Assembly (NCBI GenBank): GCA_963575745.1
Contig: CAUYUJ010000225.1
Coordinates: 248,001 to 312,000 of the forward strand
DNA from: Prorocentrum cordatum
Lineage: Eukaryota
Length of the DNA: 64,000 bases
Direction of reading: 5' to 3'
The notes beneath the pieces are model-generated. The model saw only the letters and a list, made by a program, of their open reading frames with translations. It had not been told where the DNA came from and searched no databases. Of the stretch, positions 40,033 to 50,354 are shown in pieces. The position numbers and the translations under genes are program-made. Each line of letters opens with the position of its first letter. The first letter of the stretch is position 1.

Positions 40033-43000
40033 GTCGGTCGCCAACGGCCACCTGCACGTCGTCAACACATACTACGGGAACAGCGACGACTACACATGCC
40101 ACAAGGATGGGGTCTCCAACCGCATCGACTACGTCGCCATGGCTCCCTGCCTATTCAAGTGCGTTGCAGCTTGCACAGTACTGAAGGACTTCCAAAAGCC
40201 GGGCGCCAAGAAGAAGAACGAGCACAGCAAGCGGAGGAACAGTGGCGCTCAGAACAGCTTCGACTCGACCACTGATCACCTGCCCGTCCTTGTAGAAGAA
40301 GTGGGTGACATCATCGGACGCCACCGCAACCTGAAAGGCGCCACTCAGCTGGACACTAACAAGCTCAAGAAACCCGAGTGCATCACCGCCTTCAAGCAGG
40401 ACCTGAACAGCACCAGGTTACCACCATGGAAGGCCGATGTCAACGATCACTACCACGAGACGGCGGGGCCCATTGCCGACAAGACGGAGCGGCACTTCGG
40501 ACGGGACCCGCTTACACCTTGCAATGCCACAATTTCCGAGGCCAGCATGCGACTATTGCGACTACGCAGATACGCTGAGAGCTCCACGCGGACCTACACG
40601 AACCATGGGGACCCAGCACCGCTAGAAGTATTCCGCAAGAGGCTCTGCTACGAGGCGCCGGCCTACGCCCACGCGGACGACAGCTGGTTCAACTCCGTCG
40701 CAGCCCTTGCTGGCGCCTGCCAGCTCAGTCGCACTACTGGCTGCCTCGGCATTGCGCACGACGCCGCAAGGCTTTTCATCGCCCACACTAAGGACACATT
40801 CAGGCACCAGCTCAGCACCGACCGCAACCAGTACTTCCATGACCTTGGTATCAAACTGGCAGACAGTAGAACAGCACGAGACGCCAGGTCCGAGTGGCAG
40901 CTGACCAAGAAGATCCTGATCCACGGCGGCCGCAAGCCAAAATACGACAGTGCGCTACCCACCATGCAGCACTCCGACGGCACCATCATGGGCAGCCAGA
41001 GCGAGATCAGCCGTGCCACGCTCCAGCACTTCGCCAATATCGAGTCAGCAGACATCAGGGACAAGTACGACCTCACGGACCGCTACAACAGCAGCCGCAC
41101 TGGCAGGTCACCACCCGATGAGGTCTCGCAGCACCTGCTCATGACACTCAACGACCTGGTGGAGAGCTTCGCGGACGGCAAAAAGGGTCGAGCAGGAGGA
41201 CCTGACGGCAACCTCGACGACATCCTCAAACTCGCGCCCGAGGAGACGGCCCGCCACTGGTATCCTGTCGTTCTGAAGACGATCGTGCGAGGCCGCGAAC
41301 CAATCCAATTCAAGGCAGGTATCGCAGTAAAGCTTCATAAGGGCAGCGGCACGAGGGCCCTACTGGAGTACTACAGGTCGATCCTCCTCAACAACACAGT
41401 GGCCAAGCATTACCACAAGTGGCTTCGCTCAACGACGCTGAGGGTCTGCAGCTGTCTACTGCGAGTCACTCAGCATGGCGGAATCCCGAAGAAGTCAGGT
41501 GCGTACTCCACCCACACCATCAAAACGTTCTTCGGGATCTCCAAGCGCAAGCGCCTCAGCGCCGCCGGCATCCTGTTAGACCTCCGGCAGGCCTTCTACT
41601 CCGTCATCCGCGAGTTCGTCCTGGGGCGGGGGGGTGAGAAGCCGTGGCTTCACAAGGTTATGTCAGGCTGCGACCCACCAGAATGGCTCATGCCTGCCAT
41701 CCAGCAGTTGATCACAGCACCAGGCTACCTAGCGCTCAACGACGTAGACGAGAACCTCCGATTCCAGCTGGAAGAGGCACATGACACGACATTATTCCAA
41801 GTACGTGGAGACGAACTATGCGCAGAGAGCCGCAAGGGCACACGCCCAGGCAACGGCCTAGCCGACCTCATCTTCAACATCAGCTTCGCGCACGCCCTGA
41901 GCCCGCTGGAGCAGGAGTTGCATGCGGGGGGCTACTCATTGCGGCTACCACCTGTGGGAGAGCAAGCCATTGCCACCACAGGCCACCTCCGAGACCATGA
42001 AGGGGCCTTGCCAGAAGTATCCTTCATGGACGATGCGACCTCCCTGTGCGCACTCAGGGACAATACAAAAATCGTGAGCAGCATCTTTGATATATTGTCC
42101 ATCATTGCGAGGAGACTTAAGCTCTTCGGGCATGAACTGCACCCCAAGAAGACCAAAGCCCTGCTGCAAATCGACGGACACGCCAAACAGCATATCAAGG
42201 CAAAGATCTGCCAGACCAACCCTGTCACGCCGCATCGCGAGGATGGCCAATCGCTGACCAACATCGACGCCACCACAGCTGAAGTTACGACCCAGGGACT
42301 CACATTGGGCAATGTAGTGGCAAGCGACGGCAGCGAAGGGCCAAAACTAATGAGACGCATCATCGATCACAGATCTGCGGAGGGCCCCCTGAACAAATCC
42401 ATCTACCGACTTCCGCACATCAACCTCAGAGCCAAGATGCAGTACCTCACGGCTCTGGCGCAGAGCAAGTTGACATACGACTGCGAAATATGGGGGCCGT
42501 TGACAGTACAACAGAAGCAGACGCTGCAGAGCCGACGCATGGCGAGTCTCCGAGCGGCTGCACGACAACAACGACACGGGGCGGGACACGGGCACACCTT
42601 GGACGACGAGATCTACTTGCTATGTGATGAAGTCCCGATCCACATGTCCCTGCGACGACGACGCCTGATGTACTTCATCAGAATGCTACATGCGGACGCG
42701 CCATTTCTTCACCGACTCATCGACGAGCTCTGGGAGGACAGTAAGGCCTGGACTGTGCTTATCGCCGAGGACCCGGATTGGATAAAACGATTCCTGCTGG
42801 ATGACGCTGACATGGACAGCGACATCAGGGGCCTTGTACGATGGGTACGAGCACATCAAGAGCATTCCGCACAAGCCATGGTCACGCGTGCCTGGCTTAG
42901 GTACAAGTCCTGGCATCACGACGTATATCGACATCGGATCTGGCAGCGGCAGCTACATCGGCTCGCGCAAGACTTCGGGCTTACCACGCCCAACTTTGAC

Positions 43001-44380
43001 GGACGACCACCTACACAACACAGTGGTTACATATGCTACGAGTGCGAGAGGGTCCTGAAAACACGAGGAGCATGGAAGCGCCACCGCACCATGGAGCACA
43101 TCGGCTTCGACCTTCCTGAACTACTCGCCCGCTCGACAACATGCCCTGGGTGCGGGAAGGACTTCATCGCGCGATCACGCATACTCAAGCACCTGAGAAG
43201 ATGCCCCAGGTGCCTGGCTGTTCTCCAAGCAATTGAAGTTCCCATGGATTTGCAGGAGGCAGCCGATCGACGCGATGAAGAACGTGAAGCGGTGGCGGCG
43301 AGGAAAGCGATGGGTCACGGAGCCACTAAGGCGCTGGCGCCTGCGCAGCAGATCATCCACATCAAGCTCGCCGACCACATCGAGCAACACCAGCTCCAGC
43401 TCTCGCCAGCGCCGCCCGCAGCAGCGGCCCTTCAAGCGGAGACGCCATCAGCAAGGGCCTTTGCACCGTGCAGGCCCATGGTCACCACTACCATGTTCTT
43501 GCTACACCTATTCTCAGGAAGACGTCGAGTGGAGGATTTCCAGCACCACTTCGAGATGAACATTCGGGAATGTAATTTGATAGTATTATCAATCGATGTG
43601 CAGATCGGCCCCGACAAAGGCGACCTGGCCATGCCAGACGCTGTTGCCTTTTGGTGCGCGGCGATACGTCAGGGCAAAATCTTCGGCATCGTAGCAGGCC
43701 CCCCGTGCGAGACGTGGTGCTCATCACGTTGGCACGCCACCGAGGGAAAAGCCCCGCGCCCACTACGCACCCACGACTTTCCCTGGGGCATACAAGCAGC
43801 CAGCCAAACGGAACTCCAGCAGCTAGCACTGGCCAACGAGCTCTACAGGACAGCCTTACTACTCATCACCACGGGCTTGCAGTACAACGTCTCCGCTATA
43901 CTCGAGCATCCTGCCCCAGCTACCTGGTGTCCTCAAGCGCCGAGCAGCTGGCAGCGAGCGGAGACGCGGTGGCTGTTGGAGCAGACGAACGTTGAGCTAC
44001 ACTACATCGACCAGTACCAGTTTGGGCAGGCCGCGCGAAAGCCAACGTGTCTGCTGGCGGCACGCCTCAGCGAACTCACGCAAGAGCTTGGGGCAGTGCC
44101 TGGTGGTCAGCTGTGCCGACATAGCGGACACGATAAAGCTTGCGGACGCGACGGGCAGGGCGGCTGGAGGACCGCCCCTCTCAAAGGATATCCTTCGAGG
44201 TTGCGCAAGGCAATGGCAACGGCCTTCGCAGCCCACTGGGGACAGCTCGCTGACGAAGATGCACTGTGGGCCGAGACAAATGAATACTATCACAGCTTCT
44301 ATGCGCCACTGGACCATTACATTGAGCCAGAACAGCTGGGGCACGACTGTCACAGGGCATGGGGTAATCACCGGCGCTAG
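39869..44380 (+). CDS. LINE ORF2 part 2: C-terminal APE, reverse transcriptase (~41180-42320), two C2H2-like zinc fingers (~43030-43215) and C5-cytosine DNA methyltransferase-like domain (~43493-44300)
   Basis: APE: ANAKLG, RIDYV, TDHLPV. RT: AGGPDG, YRSILL, DLRQAFYSV, GTRPG, FMDD (42023-42034), LHPKKT, LGNVV. Zinc fingers: CYEC..H..H and CPGC..H..C. DNMT: LHLFSG, GPPCETW, LEHP, DQYQFG..RKPT. Confidence 0.92.
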   Translation: MGGGNTSELCDTWKPEILLIGANAKLGHKDGEDSLWLGQKGPNQLADKNGHELHESVANGHLHVVNTYYGNSDDYTCHKDGVSNRIDYVAMAPCLFKCVAACTVLKDFQKPGAKKKNEHSKRRNSGAQNSFDSTTDHLPVLVEEVGDIIGRHRNLKGATQLDTNKLKKPECITAFKQDLNSTRLPPWKADVNDHYHETAGPIADKTERHFGRDPLTPCNATISEASMRLLRLRRYAESSTRTYTNHGDPAPLEVFRKRLCYEAPAYAHADDSWFNSVAALAGACQLSRTTGCLGIAHDAARLFIAHTKDTFRHQLSTDRNQYFHDLGIKLADSRTARDARSEWQLTKKILIHGGRKPKYDSALPTMQHSDGTIMGSQSEISRATLQHFANIESADIRDKYDLTDRYNSSRTGRSPPDEVSQHLLMTLNDLVESFADGKKGRAGGPDGNLDDILKLAPEETARHWYPVVLKTIVRGREPIQFKAGIAVKLHKGSGTRALLEYYRSILLNNTVAKHYHKWLRSTTLRVCSCLLRVTQHGGIPKKSGAYSTHTIKTFFGISKRKRLSAAGILLDLRQAFYSVIREFVLGRGGEKPWLHKVMSGCDPPEWLMPAIQQLITAPGYLALNDVDENLRFQLEEAHDTTLFQVRGDELCAESRKGTRPGNGLADLIFNISFAHALSPLEQELHAGGYSLRLPPVGEQAIATTGHLRDHEGALPEVSFMDDATSLCALRDNTKIVSSIFDILSIIARRLKLFGHELHPKKTKALLQIDGHAKQHIKAKICQTNPVTPHREDGQSLTNIDATTAEVTTQGLTLGNVVASDGSEGPKLMRRIIDHRSAEGPLNKSIYRLPHINLRAKMQYLTALAQSKLTYDCEIWGPLTVQQKQTLQSRRMASLRAAARQQRHGAGHGHTLDDEIYLLCDEVPIHMSLRRRRLMYFIRMLHADAPFLHRLIDELWEDSKAWTVLIAEDPDWIKRFLLDDADMDSDIRGLVRWVRAHQEHSAQAMVTRAWLRYKSWHHDVYRHRIWQRQLHRLAQDFGLTTPNFDGRPPTQHSGYICYECERVLKTRGAWKRHRTMEHIGFDLPELLARSTTCPGCGKDFIARSRILKHLRRCPRCLAVLQAIEVPMDLQEAADRRDEEREAVAARKAMGHGATKALAPAQQIIHIKLADHIEQHQLQLSPAPPAAAALQAETPSARAFAPCRPMVTTTMFLLHLFSGRRRVEDFQHHFEMNIRECNLIVLSIDVQIGPDKGDLAMPDAVAFWCAAIRQGKIFGIVAGPPCETWCSSRWHATEGKAPRPLRTHDFPWGIQAASQTELQQLALANELYRTALLLITTGLQYNVSAILEHPAPATWCPQAPSSWQRAETRWLLEQTNVELHYIDQYQFGQAARKPTCLLAARLSELTQELGAVPGGQLCRHSGHDKACGRDGQGGWRTAPLKGYPSRLRKAMATAFAAHWGQLADEDALWAETNEYYHSFYAPLDHYIEPEQLGHDCHRAWGNHRR

Positions 44381-44389
44381 TATCGACAC

Positions 44390-46307
44390 GCAGTAGCGCG
44401 CTGTACTACGGCGACCAGCACGGCGGGGTGGATCACCACAGGTTCGGGCCCACAAGCTCAGGCAGTACCACGTCGACCTGCACAACTAATTCGCGAATGA
44501 AGCGATATTTTGCAATATTACAGATTTTGCAACACGTCCAGTGGACTGGTTGGATTACTATTTTGCAGTACTCATCGACGGAGCGATCGAGGGCCTGCGT
44601 ATCTACTGAACTTACGGACTCAATATTTGGCGTGACCAGCACGAACGTATGATTATGCGAGTATGGCTTCTTCATGGACTGCGATGGCGTGCCATTCTCG
44701 AGGGGGGGGGGACCGTAGCGCCCATACGGGTGGGCACGATCCCTCAAAGGCGACGGAGCGTGCCTCCCCTCGAGTATTCTTATTGGTATACTTATTGGTT
44801 TTGTCATGCAGCTCTGGTATGGGTTTTCTATGCGTATCTATTTCCCTGGGCAAAGGCAGCAAAGCGCCCAGTCTATCACTGTACGTGTTTTGTTATCTCT
44901 TGGCAGATGGGCAGCAAGATCGACTCGAGTACCACGGGCTCGTGCACCACTAAGGCAAGCAGCACAAGCAGTACTACGACGACCAGCATGTGGGAGCCGA
45001 GTACCATAGGCCAGCGCAGCGCTGAGACAAGCACCACCATGTCGACCAGCACGACTGTGCCGAACACCACAGGTGTGGGCGCCACTGAATCAAGCACGGC
45101 CACCTGTTCCAGCTAGACTAGGTCGAGCACCACAGGTACGAGCACGACCACGGCGGGTACTACAGGGCACTACGCGGCGAAGAGCGGCCTCGACGACAAG
45201 CACTACGGCGTCAGGACTCAAGTCCTGAGGAAGCCCCGAATGCGTGGGAAGACCTCAGGCAGCGTCGCCAAGTTTTGCTTGTGGCGTTAGGACGCAAGCC
45301 CTGGGGAAGCCCCGAATGCGTGGGAACACCCCAGGCACAAGTCGCTACGTTTTGCTGTATGTATCCAGGCGGTGATCGGACGTATACAACTCAGTGGTCA
45401 CCAGCAGGCTGACGGTAGGCGACTCTTACGACCATGCTGCACCACCGACCGACATCAACCACATTCCTTGTACGGCCTACCACACCTCTTTACAAGTCAA
45501 CGCTGCCCTGGTGAGGCATGGATCAAACTTCGAGACGGGCTCGAAGGGTGGGGGGGAAGGACGAGTAATACCCGCGCCTACCAGGGGGGATGGTGAGGGG
45601 CAGGGGGGGGGGGTAGGACGTCCACTACCTGCGCCCCCGCGATCCCTAGCTCGCCACCCCCACCATCCCCATGACGGAGGAGGAGCTACCCGAGCGCCCA
45701 TGGGCGAAGCGCAGGGCAGCCGAGACATCCCACTCCGACAAAAATATGCACCAGGCCTGGGGTTCGCCCCCACCGAGGGCACCGTGACCCCTAGCCATAG
45801 CGGGACGAGGTGGGGCAGCCACGACCCCCACTTGAAGTCGGTGCATGGAGGCCTCATATGTGCGCCCACGACCACTACCACAACACCAGCAACAAGCCGA
45901 CCTCCCAACGACCCATCAACCAGCACGCAGGACAAGCAACTTCAAGGGCTGGGGAGCCCCTCAACCGACCATCCACACTACAATCACCTCCCGACAGCAG
46001 CGCCGACCAGCACGGCCGCGTCGGGTACCACATGATCGAGGACAACTAATACACGCACGCTGGGTCGAGTACCACAGGCTTGACATCACAGTTTCAGGCT
46101 GTACTACGACGACCAGCATGATTGTGACGAGTACCACAGCTCGTGAACCACGGAGCCAAGCAGTACTACGATGACCTAGCACGGCTGCAGCGAGAAGCAC
46201 CGCTCCGAGCACTGCAGAGTCAAGCAGCACCACTTGGCCTGCACGACTGGGTCGAGTACCACAGGTTCACGTACTACAGGGTCAAGCAGTACCACAAGTT
46301 CGTGAAC
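44390..46307 (+). repeat. Degenerate ~60-bp (2x30) repeat blocks in the LINE 3' region (44390-44490, 44920-45180, 46000-46307)
   Basis: Recurrent GTCGAGTACCACAGG and CAGTACTACGACGACCAGCA-like units. Confidence 0.65.
45207..45357 (+). repeat. Two tandem ~76-bp units, each able to form a hairpin
   Basis: CCTGAGG-AAGCCCCGAATGCGTGGGAAGA-CCTCAGG and CCTGGGG-AAGCCCCGAATGCGTGGGAACA-CCCCAGG. Confidence 0.8.
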
Positions 46308-48936
46308 TTCGAGAAGGCGCCGCCGTGCGGCCGACGGCCCACGAAGAGGCCGACGGCCTGGGCGACTGACGTCCGCGGCTGCGGGCGCACGCGGGCGTGA
46401 GCGCGCGGCCGCGGGCGCGCGTAGCGCCTGCCAAGGGCCCTGTCGGGCACTCTTTTTTGAAAACCCGGCCCCTTTCCCCTCCTCCGAGGTGTTCATTGGT
46501 CCCTGGTCCTCCCTCTCCCTCGGGGTCGGGTTCCCGGGGCCGCCGTCTGAGTGCCCGCACGGCCCTGATGGGCTGCTGCGGCGCGCTCCGCGCCGCGGGC
46601 GCAAGATTAGACGCTGCCTAGCGAGAAACGGCAGAAACGGCAGGAGGAGGAGGAGGAGGAGGAGGAGGAGGAGGAGGAGGAGGAGGAGGAGGGAGGAGGA
46701 GGAGGAGGAGGAGGAGGAGGAGGAGGAGGAGGAGGAGGAGGAAACAACGACGAGAAGAGATGATGTGGATGGGGGGAGGGGCAGGAAGGGTGGGGGCGAG
46801 CGCGGGGGGCGCAGGGAGGGGAGAGGGGGAGGGGCGAGAGGGACGGCGAGTGAGCGAAGGACGGAGGGAGCGGGGGAGGGAGAAGGAAGCTGCCGCCCAC
46901 CTCCTGCTCTGAGAGCGCCTACCTCCCCGCCTCGCCACTGTGCGCGGAGGGCTGGGACGTCGAGCGCGGCGGGGCTCGCTCCCTCCCGCTCCTGTTTTGG
47001 GGGCGTCCAAGGGGTGCGCGTTCAAAAAGGGGGTCTCGCAAATCCGCCGATCCGGCGTGTGAGTTCTCTTACGTACAGTCTCAGAGAAATTGTGAAGTTT
47101 TAGCGATTCCACAAGACGGCCCAAGAGGCGCCCAAGACGGCCCAAGAGAGCCCCAAGAAGGCCCCAAGAGAGGCCCAAGAGGGGGAGCCCGAACCGATAA
47201 TTCAAGCCTGCCTCCCCAAGATGCGTCCAAGAGGCCCCAAGAGGCCCCCAAGAGGCTCCAAGAGGCCCCCTAGACCCCAGAGGCCCCCAAGACGCCCCAA
47301 GAGGTCCTAAAACGGCCCCCACTAGCCGAGAGGCCTCCCACGACATCTCAACCAACATCCAATAAGCCTATGACCCATAACCCAGGCACTGTGGAGGGAT
47401 GGGAAGAACGCCATTAGATAATACCCACAGCCACACCTCAGCTCCCCCCCAACAAAAACGAGCACACGAGCCTAAAGAACCCGATGACAGCTCAACAGAA
47501 ACCCCACAACCGCCAAGGGTGCTTTGTTTCGCGTCTGTGCACCCGCTCGGAGCGTCCCAGATCGGCGGCACAGGCCGAATGCCACTACAATCATGGCTGG
47601 ACGCACGTGCGCGGCCCAGGGGACGCCAAGGGACTGCACCCAAACAAGAAGAGGCGCCATGAAGTCTGGGCAGTTAACATGGCCCCGGCCGTGCTATCAC
47701 CCCCCCTAGTAATCACCCCCCTCGTGGGCGACCGGACAGATGGCAAGACTGACCAACACCGAATCGGACCACTGGATTGAACCACAATGCGCGCTAGGTC
47801 GGGCCTGCATCGGCACGGAGACGAGGTCGAACCAAGTCGGCCGCGGCAGGAGGCACGGCAGCGCCCTGCAAGCATCGGGCCGCACCGCATCGTTTGGAAG
47901 CGCTGGTCGATTGAATCGGGCTAGGCGGGCCGAGACCGTTGTGGATCTCGGATCGGCCGGACCGGAGCAGGCCCGAGGGCTCTGCGTCCAGCTCGCGCCC
48001 CCCCCCCCCGATGCACGGCCTCTGCGGCCCGCCTTCTTTGGGTATCTGCACTGCACAAGCCGTACGCCGTCCGGCGCGTAGGCGGGAAAAGTATGACTTC
48101 AAGCGTTCACTGCCAATGCGCCTGCTAAACAGGGCAGTTGGAGGAGGAGGAGGGGGAGGAGGAGGAGGAGGAGGAGGAGGAGGAGGAGGAGGAGGAGGAG
48201 GAGGAGGAGGAGGAGGAGGAGGAGGAGGAGGGAGAGGGAGAGAGCAAGCCCCTTTCCCAGCCCCTTGCGGGCTGCGCCCTGGCCACCTAACTCTGGCGCG
48301 GCGCCCTCTGCCCCCTTGCACTGCCCGGCTGTCCCATTATTTTCTTTCCGCCGACACTGCGTGCGCGCGCGGCTCCGGCCGTGCGGGCGCCCGGCGCCCT
48401 GGCGAGTCGCTGGGCCGCTACGACCGAAACATAGTGTCTCTCTCTCTCTCTCTCTTTCTATCTACGCATGTATACACGTATAACAACACATGTATACATA
48501 TATACAAATGCATATACACGGATATAGATGTGTATATATATATATATGTATACCTATTGGTAGATCGATGGATCTATATATATAGGTAGGTGTATATAGA
48601 TTTATAAGTATGTCTTTATGTTTGTGTTGTTCTCTATCTCTCTCTTTCTTTTGTTCGCTCTCTCTCTCTCTCTCTCCCCCTCTCTCTTTCTCCATATTTC
48701 ATACACATACACTCTCTCTCTATTTCTCTCCCTCTGTTTCTGGAGGCGGGATAAAGGCAAGGCGAGAGGGAGGGGGAGAAGGGAGGGCAGGAGAGGGGGA
48801 AAGGGGGGAAGTAATTGTTGGAGGCTCTCGGCGTTCCTCGGGAACTCTCAACGGCTTTCGGAGGCGGTCAGCGGTCTTTCCAACAATCAGAACGAGCAGG
48901 AGGAAGAGGAGGATGCAGAAGGAGGAGGAGGATGAG

Positions 48937-49730
48937 GAGGAACATCAGTAGCAGCAGGAGCACGAGATGGAGGAGCGGGAAGAGCAGCAGGACCAGAGGA
49001 AGGCGGAGGAAGGGAAAGGAACGGGGAGACAATGATGAGGTCCGCGCTGGGACGAGATTGCCATTCTGAACGACGGGAGCAAAGTGCCAACCCTAAAATG
49101 AGGCCTACGCTGCAGCGGGAACACCACTTCGAAGCACCGAGATCAATACAATGTGTAAACCACATACGGAAGCAAACGTTCGAAATCCTGCGCGCACCAC
49201 GCAACAGGATCCCATCGTGTTGCACGCAATCTGAAAAAGGGAACTGTGCACGTTGAATCACGTGTCGGAAGAGCAGGAGCACACATGAGGAGGAGGAGGA
49301 GGAGGAGGAGGAGGAGGAGGAGGAGGAGGAGGAGGAGAAGCAGGAGGAGCAGGAGGAGGAGGAGGAGGAGGAGGAGGAGGAACATCAGTAGCAGCAGGAG
49401 CACGAGATGGAGGAGCGGGAAGAGCAGCAGGACCAGAGGAAGGCGGAGGAAGGGAAAGGAACGGGGAGACAATGATGAGGTCCGCGCTGGGACGAGATTG
49501 CCATTCTTGCCATTCTGACGGGAGCAAAGTGCCACCCTAAAATGGTCTTACACCACTTCGAAGCACCGAGATCAATCCAATGTGTAAACCACATACGGAA
49601 GCAAACGTTCGAAATCCTGCGCGCACCACGCAACAGGATCCCATCGTGTTGCACGCAATCTGAAAAAGGGAACTGTGCACGTTGAATCACGTGTCGGAAG
49701 AGCAGGAGCACACATGAGGAGGAGGAGGAG
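48937..49730. repeat. Near-identical tandem duplication (~440-bp period) separated by (GAG)n
   Basis: GAACATCAGTAGCAGCAGGAGCACGAG at 48940 and 49380, with shared downstream blocks. Confidence 0.85.
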
Positions 49731-50354
49731 GAGGGAGGAGGGAGGAGGAGGAGGAGGAGGAGAAGCAGGAGGAGCAGGAGGAGGAGGAGGAGGAGGAGGA
49801 GGAACAGGCGGAAGGCGCGGAGGAAGGTGTGGGCGGGGAAGGGAAGGGGGCGACAACGACGAGGCGGCACTCGGATCCAAGCACGTGTCCCCTGGATGTC
49901 GACAGGACGAACCCAAACCGCTGGGATCGCCACGCGGCGAAGGCAGCGAGTCCTGTAGGCTCACGTCGTCGTCGCCTCCCCCAAGAGGAGGGGAGGAGGA
50001 GGAGGAGGAGGAGGAGGAGGAGGAGGAGGAGGAGAACGAGGAGAACGAGGAGGAGGAGAAGGAGAAGTAGTAGGAGGAGGAGGAAGAGGAGAAGGAGGAG
50101 GAGGAGATGAGGAAGGGAAGAGGATGGGAGCTCCAGAGGTCCCCGGAGGCCTCCAGAGATCCCCTGAGGTCCCCACTCCTCTCATAGCCCTCTTCCTCCC
50201 CCTCCACCTGCTCCTTTCTCTCCTCCTCCTACCCTTCCCCCCCTCGTTTTCCTCCTCCTAGCTCCTCCTAGCTCCTCCTCCGCCTCCTCCTCTTCCTCCT
50301 CCTCCTCCGTTCCTTCATGAATAACTCCTCCCTGTCGCGCCCCGAGGCCAGCCG

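Larger units (their letters stand above)
33190..46307 (+). mobile_element. Large non-LTR (LINE-like) retrotransposon carrying RNase H, APE, RT, zinc fingers and a C-terminal cytosine methyltransferase-like domain; partly decayed; ends approximate
   Basis: Contiguous A/C-rich coding strand with colinear ORF1 and ORF2 domains (see sub-features). It is bounded by host-like GC-rich or microsatellite sequence on both sides. No TSD or poly(A) was identified. Confidence 0.9.

Noticed and set aside
33378..44485. Minus-strand ORFs overlapping the large LINE
   Set aside because: They are antisense shadows of a codon-biased coding strand and carry no motifs.
45224..45260. Resemblance of GAAGCCCC..GCGTGGGA to IS200/IS605 (TnpB/Fanzor) end hairpins
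   Set aside because: The match is short and no RuvC/TnpB ORF was recognised in the window. Kept only as a generic hairpin.
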